From Azolla caroliniana (Eukaryota > Plantae > Polypodiophyta): 64,000 bases of DNA. The number at the start of each line of letters is the position of its first letter. Positions within the stretch are counted from its first letter, which is position 1. The stretch spans positions 11,904,001-11,968,000 of the forward strand of contig JBHGNT010000008.1 of NCBI GenBank assembly GCA_043228905.1, written 5' to 3'. The position numbers were made by a program, and so were the translations under genes. This document shows positions 51,101-62,600 of the stretch, in pieces. The notes under the pieces are model-generated. The model was not told where the DNA came from and searched no databases. It saw only the letters and a list, made by a program, of their open reading frames with translations.

Positions 51101-52465
51101 CAGAAAACAACTAGAGCTATATGTAAATTTTTGTTAGAAGATGTAATATGTCGTTATGGGTGTGTTGGTAAAATAATTATAGATAGAGGAGAACTTGACT
51201 TTGATGAAGCTAAAGAATTCTTCAGCCGGATAGGGGTCAAATTATCGCTTACAACTGGTATAATCCAGAAGCCAATGGAAACATTGAAAGAGGACATAGC
51301 CCAATAGTTAAGGCGATTGTGAAAAGTTGTAAAGGTAAAATAAGAGATTGGCCACGCATGCTACCGTATGCACCATGGGCAGATCGGACAACACATAGTT
51401 CGGTAACAGGATATATGCCAGCTGAATTGATACTTGGCCGAAAGCCCATCATGCCAATAGAAGGATCAATTATGTCATCGACATCTATTCCATGGAGAGA
51501 AGAGTTGAGCAGAGAAGAATTGTTGGCTTTGTGAATTCAACAATTAGAGCGTCGGCCTGACGATGTAGAATTAGTTGCCCAACGATTGGAGGCCCGATTG
51601 AAGAATAAAATTTGTTTTGATAAAATTCATAGAATTCGACCTAAGAAAATAGAAGGAGATTGGGTGCTCGTGTATGATAGCAGTTTAGATAACATAGCAC
51701 TGTCCACAAGTTTGCTGAAAGATGGTTTGGGCCTTACATAGTGAAAAAAGTATATGATAACTTTACTTATAAACTTGGTGAATTGGATGGGACACTAATC
51801 CTAAATGTGGTAGTTGGAAAGAGGATAAAACTATTTAAGAAAAGGTTCAAGCTTGAACCTCCAATAGATCAACATGAAGATGAAAGATAGTGGCACATGC
51901 CGGAGGATGTGTAGGTCTAGAGGGGGTGGATGTCGTGAAGTACGAAAGCTTCACATTAAAAGTCTACAATAACATAAATACGTAACTAAAATAAAATAAA
52001 TCTTGATAATATTTTATACATAAAGATAATATTAACAACACGCTAGGATAATATTATACATTATATGTAGAGGTAAATAAATAAATATATATGTTATATA
52101 TATATGGACAAGAGAGGATTTGAGCCAATAATCCCCACCTTATGACACTCTAACCTTACCATTTAGCCTATACTAACAATTTACAAGAGATCATATCTGT
52201 TGTTTTATTTGAAGTAGTATTTTATAGTCTAAACCATGTAATACACCATATAGCAAGTTACATGGGCAAAAGGGTACATGAACCAACAACCCCAACCTTA
52301 CGGGCATTCAAACCTTACCATTTAGCCTATACTTGTGATGTATATAAAACATATGTGTTGTAGTATTGTATGGTTTAAACCATGAAATGTACCACATGTG
52401 CACCATATAGCACACATGCAAAAGCCTCTCTACATGTGCACCATATAGCACACATGCAAAAGCCT
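45161..52465 (+). mobile_element. Second tRNA-Trp-primed gypsy family, decayed, 3' LTR truncated
   Basis: 5' LTR 45161-46294; PBS 46300-46317; gag-pol ~46363-51890 (LIDHGSEINIM, PFLDDIP, VDTSPIGIG, LAREDLTNQVEGR); PPT AGGGGGTGGA; 3' LTR from 51931. Confidence 0.9.
45331..45566 (-). other. Two tandem tRNA-like modules in the LTR (copies at 52105-52337)
   Basis: Minus strand TAGGCTAAATGGTAAGG...GGCTCAAATCC...CCA and TAGGGTAAATGGTAAGG...GGTTCATGTACC...CCA. Confidence 0.5.
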
Positions 52466-52484
52466 TTATGGCTAAATTTTGTGG

Positions 52485-55400
52485 CTAAATTTTGTAGTAA
52501 AGATCTCTCGTAATATCTTTTTTGTGGCTAAATTTTTTAAAGGAGCCATCTTCGTCCATTTCGTACGCCTTGACTAAGCGACGATCCTTTTCTTTTCTGG
52601 CTCGCTCGAGATGTGCAAGGAAGGATGTAGGGAAATCGTGTATATCCTTAACTTCTCCTTGTTTCTTGCCTTGACATGGTTTCTAATAGAAGCAATAGGA
52701 CATCAGGTATTATTATACAAGCTCTACATATGATGAAAGGGTAATGAAAAACCATCAATACTAACCCAATCCTTGAATGCAATAAAATACTCTGATAACG
52801 CCTTATATGAAGACATTAGAGGATAATCCTCGGTCACTTGTTCCCAAGTTATACATCCAAGTTGTTTCATCATAACTTCTTGGATCTTCATGTACACCTT
52901 ATGACTATAAAATTAGAAATCAAGATTAGAACTTTGAATTACACCAGATAGACTACAATTTCAATATTTGAAAGACTTACTTATTGAACTCAGTGATCAT
53001 TTCTTCAAGGCTTAAATCTTTCGCCACAACCCTTGACAAAACAGACACAAGAAGTTGCTCGTCCTTAATACCTTGCATCGCTCTCCACAGAGACAGCTTC
53101 ATGTCGTCTGCCGCTTCTTCAATTATCAAGTCAATTTTCTTGGCGGCTTGTGACTTTAACTCTACTTGAGGGTCAACCTTACATTTCTTTTGTCGTTGAC
53201 CCTTTACCTCCTTATTCTCCCACATTGAGAAGATTTGATCTTGTAGATCCCATACTTCTCCATCTCTAAACGCCAATTGAAACCAAGACTCATACTTTCG
53301 AAGACCATCGGACTTAACATTATCATCTACCACAATGCCGACTTCATGCAGACATTGACGTCGTAGGCCTGGATGTAACTTCACACCAAACTTTTGTCTC
53401 ACGTCTAAATACTCGTGGTGGAAGAACCGTATACGCTCAATGGACGACATTTTCTGCCTATAGTCATTATCATTATTATGGTCCCATGCCAACAGCTTAG
53501 CCTCTTCGGTTGTGAGCCCAACATAAATTTTGCACTCGGCATACTTGAAGAAGAAAGTTGTTGGATGTTCTCTCACAAGTTGCCGACGTGCCTCCGCTGA
53601 ATGCGATCCACCAATGACAAAGTAATTATATTGATCATGCTTTCTAATATCAAAATCTTCAATGGTTTCACATTCTTCAGGATCTACCATAACAATAAAA
53701 GGCACCACAGTGGCATGAGGATTAATGTTCATTTTTTTCTTGAGAGTTTGAACATGCATACGGTGTGGCTCTCTAATCTCAAGTGATCGTTGACCTGTTT
53801 TTTCATCAATAGGGGGGCGATGGATGTGTGTTATAGGCAAATTAAACACTTGCCCTTTCCTGACCAGTTTCCATTGCATTAACTCTCTCCTTATCTTATT
53901 CTGCTCGGATGACAAAACACCCGATGCCAGCTCAGCTCCTGGCGTCCCCTTATTATCCTCCTCTTCGTTTTCACTTGTTGAATCGGTGTTCGACATTTTG
54001 GTGGTCTTCTTCTTTGGCGGTCTTGACTAGACTTTGGATACCCTTTTTGTGGCCTTCAATGGGGAGGGCACTTCATCTCTTAGAGTTACATGGCCTTGTA
54101 TATAAGGCCTCAAGATAATAATAAGGTTTTGTGAGCTTTCAAGATCTTTTTTGAACGCTTCTGGCCCACAAGATTCCTTTACTAAAAGGTCTTCTGAAAG
54201 GAACACTTTACGTACCCCCTTGGAGCACTCTATCATTACCATTATGTTGGCCGAATCTGCATTTTCGTAGTCAAATCGTAGAATACGGCCATACATAAAT
54301 GGGGTTTCCTTTCCAAGCTGCCCCTCCCCCTTCTTCTTTGTTGTATACAATACAACTTTTTTCTTTGAATCGACAAATTGCATACACCATTCCTTGTCCG
54401 TTAGATCACGGTCAGGAAGGTCTTCACCTTCAGTAGCAGCGACAAGTTTCTTTTGGCTAACATCAATATGTGGTTGAGATTTTGTCTCTTCGTTGAAGAG
54501 AAGCTTTTTTCCTCTCTTCATGGTCTCAAGAGCTACCTTGGTCTGGGCTTCGATTGGAGAACCCTGTATGCGAAACTTTATTTTCTTCATGGGTCGGTCC
54601 GACAGGTTCTCAAACGACCTATTTAAGAAAGTATATGCAAAAAACATAAGTTTGGTGGTCACGTAGATTAAGGTTGTATCTTAAAATATAAATATTAAGA
54701 TGAAGAACAGTTCTCACTAGCAGTCCTATATTCAAAAATCTATTCTAGGCAGGGTTATTCAAACTAGAAAATATATATCGTAATAAGTAAACAGGGTTAT
54801 ATATTCTTTTAAAGAGTAGGTATGACTTATATAGATTCCAAACCTATATTGATTTGAATTTGCTATCGTAAAGGCAATTTGTGGATCATTTTCTACTATT
54901 TTAAGCTAAAGTATGTCATAAAACACCTATAATTAGGGCATGTTTTTTTTTAAAAGTAAGGCAAGTCAACATAAAAAAGACTAATTTTGATAGACAATTT
55001 GATATCTTTTCCACACAATAATTAATTGTTACCCCAAAAATACAATTTTTCTCTCTCTGAGCCATCTTTTATATAGGAACTCGATACGGCGTATCGAGTT
55101 CCTATTAAAATCCTAAACTTTAAACGGGAACTCGATACGCCGTATCGAGTTCCTGTGCTTTCTTTGCTTTTTAAACAGGAACTCGATACGGCATATCGAG
55201 TTCGTGTTTAAATCCTAAACTTTAAACAGGCACTCGATACGGCGTATCGAGTGCCTGTTTAAAGTTTAGGTTTTAAACAGGAACTCGATACGCCGTATCG
55301 AGTTCCCGTTTAAAGTTTGGATTTTAAACACGAACTCGATACGGCGTATCAAGTTCGTGTTTAAAGTTTAGGTTTTCAATGGGAACTCGATACGCCGTAT

Positions 55401-55696
55401 CGAGTTCCCGTTTAATGTTTAGGTTTTAAACACGAACTCGATACGCCGTATCGAGTTCGTGTTTAAAGTGTAGGTTTTAAATAGGAACTGGATACGCCGT
55501 ATCGAGTTCCTGTTTAAAAAGCAAAAAGAAATTATGAACTCGATACGCCGTATCAAGTTCCTGTATAAAGTTTGTATTGTATACAGGAACTCGATACGGC
55601 GTATCGAGTTCTTGAGCGACAAAACATATTTACAAAAATGGCCACAGTGTCAGAAGCCTACCTGGAGTCCTCGCGCTCGGTTCTCTTTGAAGACAT
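52485..55696 (-). pseudogene. Four-exon ParB/sulfiredoxin-fold gene (exons 55696-55662, 54618-52981, 52904-52766, 52682-~52485) with one premature TAG; 3' end probably truncated
   Basis: All three introns are GT-AG with matching phases (2,2,0). ORFs 54027-54662 and 52977-53996 are in one frame, separated by a single TAG. Motif IRE...HVQTLKKKM...PFIVMV...YFVIGGSHSAEARRQL...IYVGLTTEEAKLLAWDHN. Confidence 0.7.
55074..55612. repeat. Array of 11 palindromes GAACTCGATAC-GGC/GCC-GTATCGAGTTC, 51-bp period
   Basis: Centres at 55089, 55140, 55191, 55242, 55293, 55344, 55395, 55446, 55497, 55548 and 55599. Confidence 0.95.
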
Positions 55697-55839
55697 GGTT
55701 GATCGTGTGGCAGTGGAGGCGGAGATCGCGCTTTGCTGCTTTGTGCTCTGTGTGCTTTGTGTGCTCTGTGTGCTTTGTACGTTCTATGTGCTCTGTACGC
55801 TCTGTACGCTCTTGTGAGTGAAATATGACGAGGGCTTCC

Positions 55840-55847
55840 TATTTATA
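55840..55847 (-). promoter_or_regulatory. TATA box of the ParB-like gene
   Basis: Minus-strand CCCTATAAATAGG about 145 bp upstream of the ATG at 55696. The putative 5' UTR has 9-bp tandem repeats (55736-55812). Confidence 0.55.
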
Positions 55848-56530
55848 GGGATTGACCACATTGGTTAAAGTAACCATAGTCACCTTAACCAAGGTTGGTA
55901 AGTTTGAGGATAGTTAGTTGGTAACCACAGTCACATTAACTAGAGTAACTTCTGATTGCATTAATGATTACAAAGTCAAACTAACATATTGATCAATCTT
56001 TTATAGTCATAACAACCTGCAATGACTTCAAAGGTCATGAAGGAGACAATGATAGAGGTTCATGAATGTACCAATGATTGATTACTAAAAGCAACAATTT
56101 TTATGACTCTCAAATGTTGTGTATTAAAGATGTTGGCATGAATTAACCAATGATTGATAAGTCTAATATTTAAAATGGTGAGCATTAAAGAACCAATGAG
56201 TGAGATGTTCTATATCAAAATGGGTGCCATTAATTAGCCAATGATTTTAACATTAATCCAACATATTCATGGCTTGTTAATGATTAGATTTATATTATAC
56301 TTGATTTAACTTTATATAGATGTAGTTTATATAATAATTGTTATTTTAAGTACAATTACTTTATTAAAAATAAATTTTTGATGTATTGTATTAATAGAAT
56401 ATTACATAATATAGACATTCTATTGATTTGGCTTTTGTTTAGAGAGAAGTTTATGTTTAGAGAGGAGCTTATTAGTTTTTTTCCTTACCCTAAGCACATA
56501 ACTTACGGAGCCCTATCTAGACCTTAAGCC

Positions 56531-59311
56531 ATGAGTGAAGATTCACCGTTCTCGATTGAAGAATATTGTTTGTCATCAGACTCATCGTTTTCTACTGAAG
56601 AGTATTGTTTGTCGACAGAGTCACCATATTCGATTGAAGAATATTGTCTGTTGACCGACTCACCATATTCTATCGAAGAATATTGTCTGAGCTCATCTAC
56701 AGGGAATGTAAATAATGACACATGTGAAGAGTTCTCTATTGAAGAATACGATATTAATAAAGATACGGAGAATGAAGGTAGTGCCCAGGAAACATTGAAT
56801 AACATTGGCGATGGTCACAACAGAGAATTAGATTGTAACAAGGTTACACCAACCTCTATGCAGGAAGAGAAATCTGGGAGCCCTATGCATATTAGAAGAA
56901 TCCCACGAAGAATTCGTCTGGCTAGATTTAGCTTGGTGACATCAGATAAACAGATTGGATTTGATGTCAAAAAAATATGTTGTGCCCGTGGTTGTATGTC
57001 TATGATTGGAAAATCAAAGTTGCGAGAATTAAGGCGATACTATTTTTCGATGACCGGTGATGAGCAAGACACTTACCTCGGGTCACATATGCAACTAGTA
57101 TCTGACAAATGTACGAGGATCAAAGTATCATTCGAGTATTCTATCTTCAATGCGCAACAGATATGTAGAGTTGCATTCAAAATTGCGTTATGTGTTCGTA
57201 ACATGCGGCTACATAGAGTACAATAACGTCTACTTAGCGGGGATCAGATGCTCAATTGTAAGGAGGTTCCAAGTATGAAAGGTGCAATTGGAAGACATGC
57301 TATTGGTTGAATGAAAACTTACTTTCAGTTAAATTGTGAAGTAATGCCCACTACAGGTAGGATGCATCTTTCTGATAATTATACACGTCGGGAAGTTTAT
57401 GATGTCTATCGATCTGATATGCTGGGCTCACGTAATAAGTCTATCACCTATAGCCAATTCACAAGAGTATGGAGAGCTCGGTTTTCAAATGTTATTATTC
57501 CTCGTAAAGTACGTATGGGGTATTGCTCCATTTGTGCAAATCTTAAAAGTTTGGCTAAAGGTGCAAAGACATCAATGGAAAAAGATATGAGTAAGAAGTT
57601 ACTACAAGAGCATCGTGAGGCACAATCCTTAGAACGAAAGAAGGTGATGCATCATAGAGAGAAGTGTTTGAAGAGGCCCGAACAATACATGTGCTTAATG
57701 ATAAATGGCATGGACCAGAAGAAGACATGCTTGCCGCATATGCGGAGGCTCCCCAAAGATGTCAATGATGAGTGCCTTGTTCAAATGCACTTGGTGGGAT
57801 GCTTGGCTTATAATAGGTCTGTTCGACCTCACGTCTTAATTACTTACCCCAATGTTCACAATGACCCAAACCTAACAATTACAGTGATTCACCGAGTTTT
57901 GATGTCTTGGGGCCAACCTTTCCCCCCTGTTCTATACATTCAATTGGACAATACTGCTAGAGAGAACAAAAATTCAACTGTATTTGGCTATCTAAGTATG
58001 TTGGTCAACCTAGAATTGTTTAGGAAAGTGAAAGTCAATTTCCTTTTGGTTGGCCACACACATGACCATATAGATCAGATGTTTAGCACATTCTCCAGAC
58101 AATTGTCTCGGCATGATGCTTTCACTTTACCTAAACTATTTGATGTCATTTGTGATGCTTATACCCCACGCCCAAAAGTGTTACACTTGAAGGAGGTATA
58201 TGACTTTAAGAGATATATATTAGATGGGGGTGGTGGGAATGTTAAAGTGCTTGCTCAGTTAAACAATATAAGTTTCAATCACATTTTTATGATAAAGAAA
58301 AATGGAATAAGTGGTTCTACACTTTTGTATGCTAAACAATATTCATCTTCTACAACATGGGAACCTGAAGCTGGTTGCCAGTTATTACTTTGTATGCCGA
58401 GTACAATTGTCCATGGAGCTAAGCAAATGCCAATTGAGAAGAAAGGACAGTTGCAGAGCGACTTGGTATCCGAACAAAAACGGTCATGGCTCCAAGCCTT
58501 AGAAGAAAAAAGAAAGCATATTGAGGCCGCCAAGAAATATGCCGCACAACAAGACATGTCATGGTGGGATGTATTTTATAGTGATCAGAAAGAAATTATA
58601 GACAATTGTGTATCTGTTGATAATTGGAATTTGGAAACGCCATTCACATAGTCGCTGCAACATGATCGCGTAAATAGAACTCCGGAGCAACTAGTAAATG
58701 TGATTAATGAAAGCTTGGTCCATCCACAACAAAGAGACATTTATGTGGGACCAAGGATGACCAAAGCAGCCGAAGCTAGATGGCAAGGCAATTTGCAAGA
58801 GCTCACCGCGGGGATGTTGATTGCAACGCCGGCTGATGAGAACTCACATGGCCACCAATTTTGGGTTGGTAAAATTCTAGAAGTGCTAATGCATGAAATA
58901 GAAAACACGATCAAGTCTATAAATGTTCATTGGTACAACACTAGAAGTGCAAATGCTTTTACAGGTAAGTATACATTGGAGATGATTGAATGCCCAACAA
59001 GAAGGGGAGGTAGGAAGAGGAAGCGAAACATTCGTAACACCTCGACCCTTGATATCTCTAATGTGGATATCATCGTGTACGACTTCACACTTACAAAAGC
59101 CGGACGATTAAGGAAGTCAACAATAGATATAATAAAAGAAAAATTACCAGGTCTACAAGGTGGCTCGAGTCAAAGGCAAACGAGATCTGCTACATATAAT
59201 CTAGAGTCAAACCATTTGGTTTATGACGAAGATAATGCACTGATTGGTACATCCGAGGATGATGAGGAGGAATCGTCATTGTATATTAGTTATAGTAGTG
59301 ATTCTCCGTAA
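56531..59311 (+). pseudogene. Sola-like DDD DNA transposase (~926 codons, three in-frame stops)
   Basis: ORFs 56531, 57311 and 58700 are in one frame. Motifs CC...C, CSICANL, INGMDQKK, LYIQLDNTARENKN and FLLVGHTHDHIDQMFS. Confidence 0.75.
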
Positions 59312-59619
59312 AGGAATGATCATGAATGTATATGTGGCTATTAAGTGTAACTACATTCCGCTTGTAACAAATCGAGTAATATAAAAGCATGTGTTTTGAA
59401 TTCTTATGATTTCTAAAAAATCGTTTCTTATAAAATAACATTGTTTGTAAAGTTTGTGATATAAATTGAGAATGTATCTTTTTGAAATTCGTCTTTTTTT
59501 AGTTACTTCTAAATCACGAAAATAGTGGATTTTTAACCTTTTTCATAGTATGTTTGAACATGTATGATACTGGTATCAATGTGTTTTATAAAATCATTGA
59601 AAAAGCCCTAAAATTTCCC

Positions 59620-62600
59620 TTATCCTTCCATTTATGCGCGATCCTTCCACTCTCTCTCTGTCTCTCTCTCTGTCTCTCTCTCTCTCCCGCGTACTGTTAA
59701 GTTCTCCATTAAACTTGTTTTCTGTTTTCTGTTTTCTATTTTTTATTGCTTCCACACGCTATTTGTTTTTATATGGTATCCAAGCGTGAGGGTTGAGAAC
59801 CTCTGCAGCTGACATTCGATTTCGCAAGAAGAAAACCTAACCTTTGTAAAGAACAAAAAAAACAATGGATAGAGGAATGGCTAGCTCGCTTCCGGTGGAG
59901 AAGCTTGACAGATCTAACTACGCATCTTGGTCATACAAGGTGCACCAGTACCTGCTTGGGCACGGTTACTGGAGCTATGTCGACGGAGCTAACGACACAG
60001 CATCGGATGCGGCACACAAGGACTTCCCGGTGTGGGAACAATTGGCAAGCAGAGTGATGTAGTGATTTGCGTCCAGTGTCGGAGACCAGCTGCTGAGCCA
60101 CGTCTGAGATGCCAAGACGCCGAGAGAGGCTTGGGGAAACCTGAAGAAGATGTTCACCACAAGCAGTACAGCCCGGAAGCTGCAACTCCGACAGGAGTTG
60201 AGCAATGTCCGACAGAAGGACATGTCGGTGGCTGATTACACGGCCCGAATCAAAGAGATCTGTGACTCGCTTGCCTCTATCAACATCACGGTAGAGGAAG
60301 ACGAGATGGTACAGGTTTATCTTGGGGGCCTGGCGTCTAAGTTCCGAGCTTTTCGAACAGCAATATGTACGAGGGAGAATACGCCGTCATTTTTCAACTT
60401 ACAGTCGATGCTCCTTGTAGAGGAGAACCACGCTGGTGTGTCAACAAGTGCACCCACCAATAGCCGGATGTTGTATACAGAGGCGGATCGGCCCCGTGGG
60501 CGTGGTTGACGAGGCGGGTCGGCACGCAATGGAGGCGGGTCGGCAAGCAATGGAGGCGGTCGGCAAGGGCAAGAGCGACGGCACAGATACCGTGCCAACA
60601 GCAGTTCCGGGACTTCCACAAGCAAGGGCGGATGTTGTACACAGAGGCGGATCGGCCCCGTGGGGGTGGTGGACGAGGCGGGTCGGCTCGTAATGGTAGC
60701 GGCCGGCAAGAGCAGGACCAAAGGCATAGAGAACTTGCCGATAGCAGTTCCGGACCCTCCACAAACAAGGGGAGTCAAGGTGGAGCCGGAGGCCGGCAAG
60801 ACAAATCCGCCACAGAATGCTAGTATTGTGGCAAAAAGGGCCACAGAGAAAGCGAGTGCTGGAAGAAGCGTGCCGATTCAGATAGATTTGGATCCGGCAA
60901 AATCGGTCGGGAGAACCGGCAAAGCTCGCACTACGCACAAGGATCGAGAGGATCCGGAACCAGGAAAACCGGTAAGGGGCCAATCTTGGTGATGAAACAC
61001 GAGGCTAACTCGATGAAGAAGACCACTTCCAAATTGGAGGAAGTGTGGTACGTTGATTCCGGTGCGTCAAATCACATGAAGAACAACAAAGAGTGGTTCT
61101 CCTTCTTAGAGAAACCGGAACAACCGGGAGTTGTCGAAACCGGAGACGACACTCCTCACCCAATCGTGCGTGTCGGAGAAGTTCCCTTGAGCCACGTCAG
61201 ACAGAGGGGGAAGCTGATGAACGTATTACACGTTCCGACTATCACGAAGAACCCGGTGTCGGTTGGACAGATCGTCGACCAGGGAATGCAGGTGCCGTTT
61301 ATGCACCTCGGGTGCTTCATCGAGGAGGAGGGCCAGATTATTGTGCAAGGGCGCAAAGATGGGAGGATGTTCATCCTTGACACCAATGACGTCGGCACCG
61401 CCTTGTTCGCCAAAGGACAAAAGGTCGAATCAGACATCGCCCTGTGGCACAAGCGAATCAACCACATCAATTACCGAAGGCTTCAAGACGTGCAGACGAA
61501 ACAAGTTGTTTTCGGTTTGCCGAAGTTTAGTGGCCGTAAGGCCCAAGTATGTGAAGCCTACCAACTCGGAAAGCAACACCGGCTTCCATTCCCCACCGAA
61601 CAAAACCGTAGCCGTAACAAGCTCGATCTTATTTATTTGGATGTATGGGGACCGGCACAGAATGTGAGTCTTGGCGGGAGTCGATACTTCATCTCCTTCA
61701 TCGACGACTATAGCCGGCACACATGGATCTACCTCATTGAGCGGAAGAGCGAAGTCTTCGACTATTTCCGGAACCTCCAGAGCATGGTGGAACGGGAATC
61801 GGGGAGGAAGATCAAGTGCCTACGGTCAATGGTGGAAAAGAATACTTTTCCGGCCAATTCAACAGTTATCTGCTGCAAACAAGAATTCGGAGAGAGTTCA
61901 GCTGCAGATACACAACGGAGAAAAACGGTGTGGCCGAAAGGAAGAACCGGTCGCTTGTCGACGCGGCAAGGGCAATGCTGGAAGAGAAGAGCATGCCCCA
62001 TTTCTACTGGGCAGAGGCGGTCTGGACGGACGGCCATCTACATCCAAAACCGGATCGATGACAATGTGTCCATGCATGCACTCTATTTCGGGCGCAAGCC
62101 GAATTTGAGACACCTTCGGATTTTCGGTAGCATTGCATATGTGCATGTGCCGGGTGAGAAGCGGAGGAAGTTGGATGCAAAATCGGAGAAGTGCATCCTC
62201 GTCAGCTACTCACATGAGCAAAAGGGGTATAAGTGTTATAACCCTCGGACGAAGCAGGTCCGAGTTAGCCGCGATGTTGAGTTTGATGAGATGGCATCAT
62301 GGTATGCCTTACCAACTCTGACTTCTGACCCCGACCCGACACCGGAGGATGAGGCTAGTGAGCCTGAACCGGCCCAGTTAGAAGATGATGAATCCGGGAC
62401 TCAAGAAGAGATTCCGGAATTGTTTCGGTTGAGTGGGCCGAACGAGAGACTGGGTCAATCTGACCAGTCAGAAGAAGAACCGGCGAGTAGTGAAAACTCT
62501 GTCGTGCTCTCCCGCGCAAGGAACCGAGGAGACGGTTCACACGCAAAGAGAAGGGGAAGAAGAAGATGTCGGATTATGAAACCGGTATTGATGAGTCGAA

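Noticed and set aside
52977-53996. Bacterial contamination or plasmid parB
   Set aside because: The gene has GT-AG introns and a TATA box, there is no parA, and it is embedded among plant LTR elements.
55074-55612. CRISPR array
   Set aside because: The linkers are related to each other rather than unique spacers, no cas genes are present, and the context is a eukaryotic intron.
55419-55821. ORFs over the palindrome array (NSIRRIEF repeats)
   Set aside because: By-products of the 51-bp repeat; the minus-strand spliced model explains the region better.
59312-59620. Right terminal inverted repeat of the Sola-like element
   Set aside because: No matching left end or TSD was found; both sides abut truncated LTRs.
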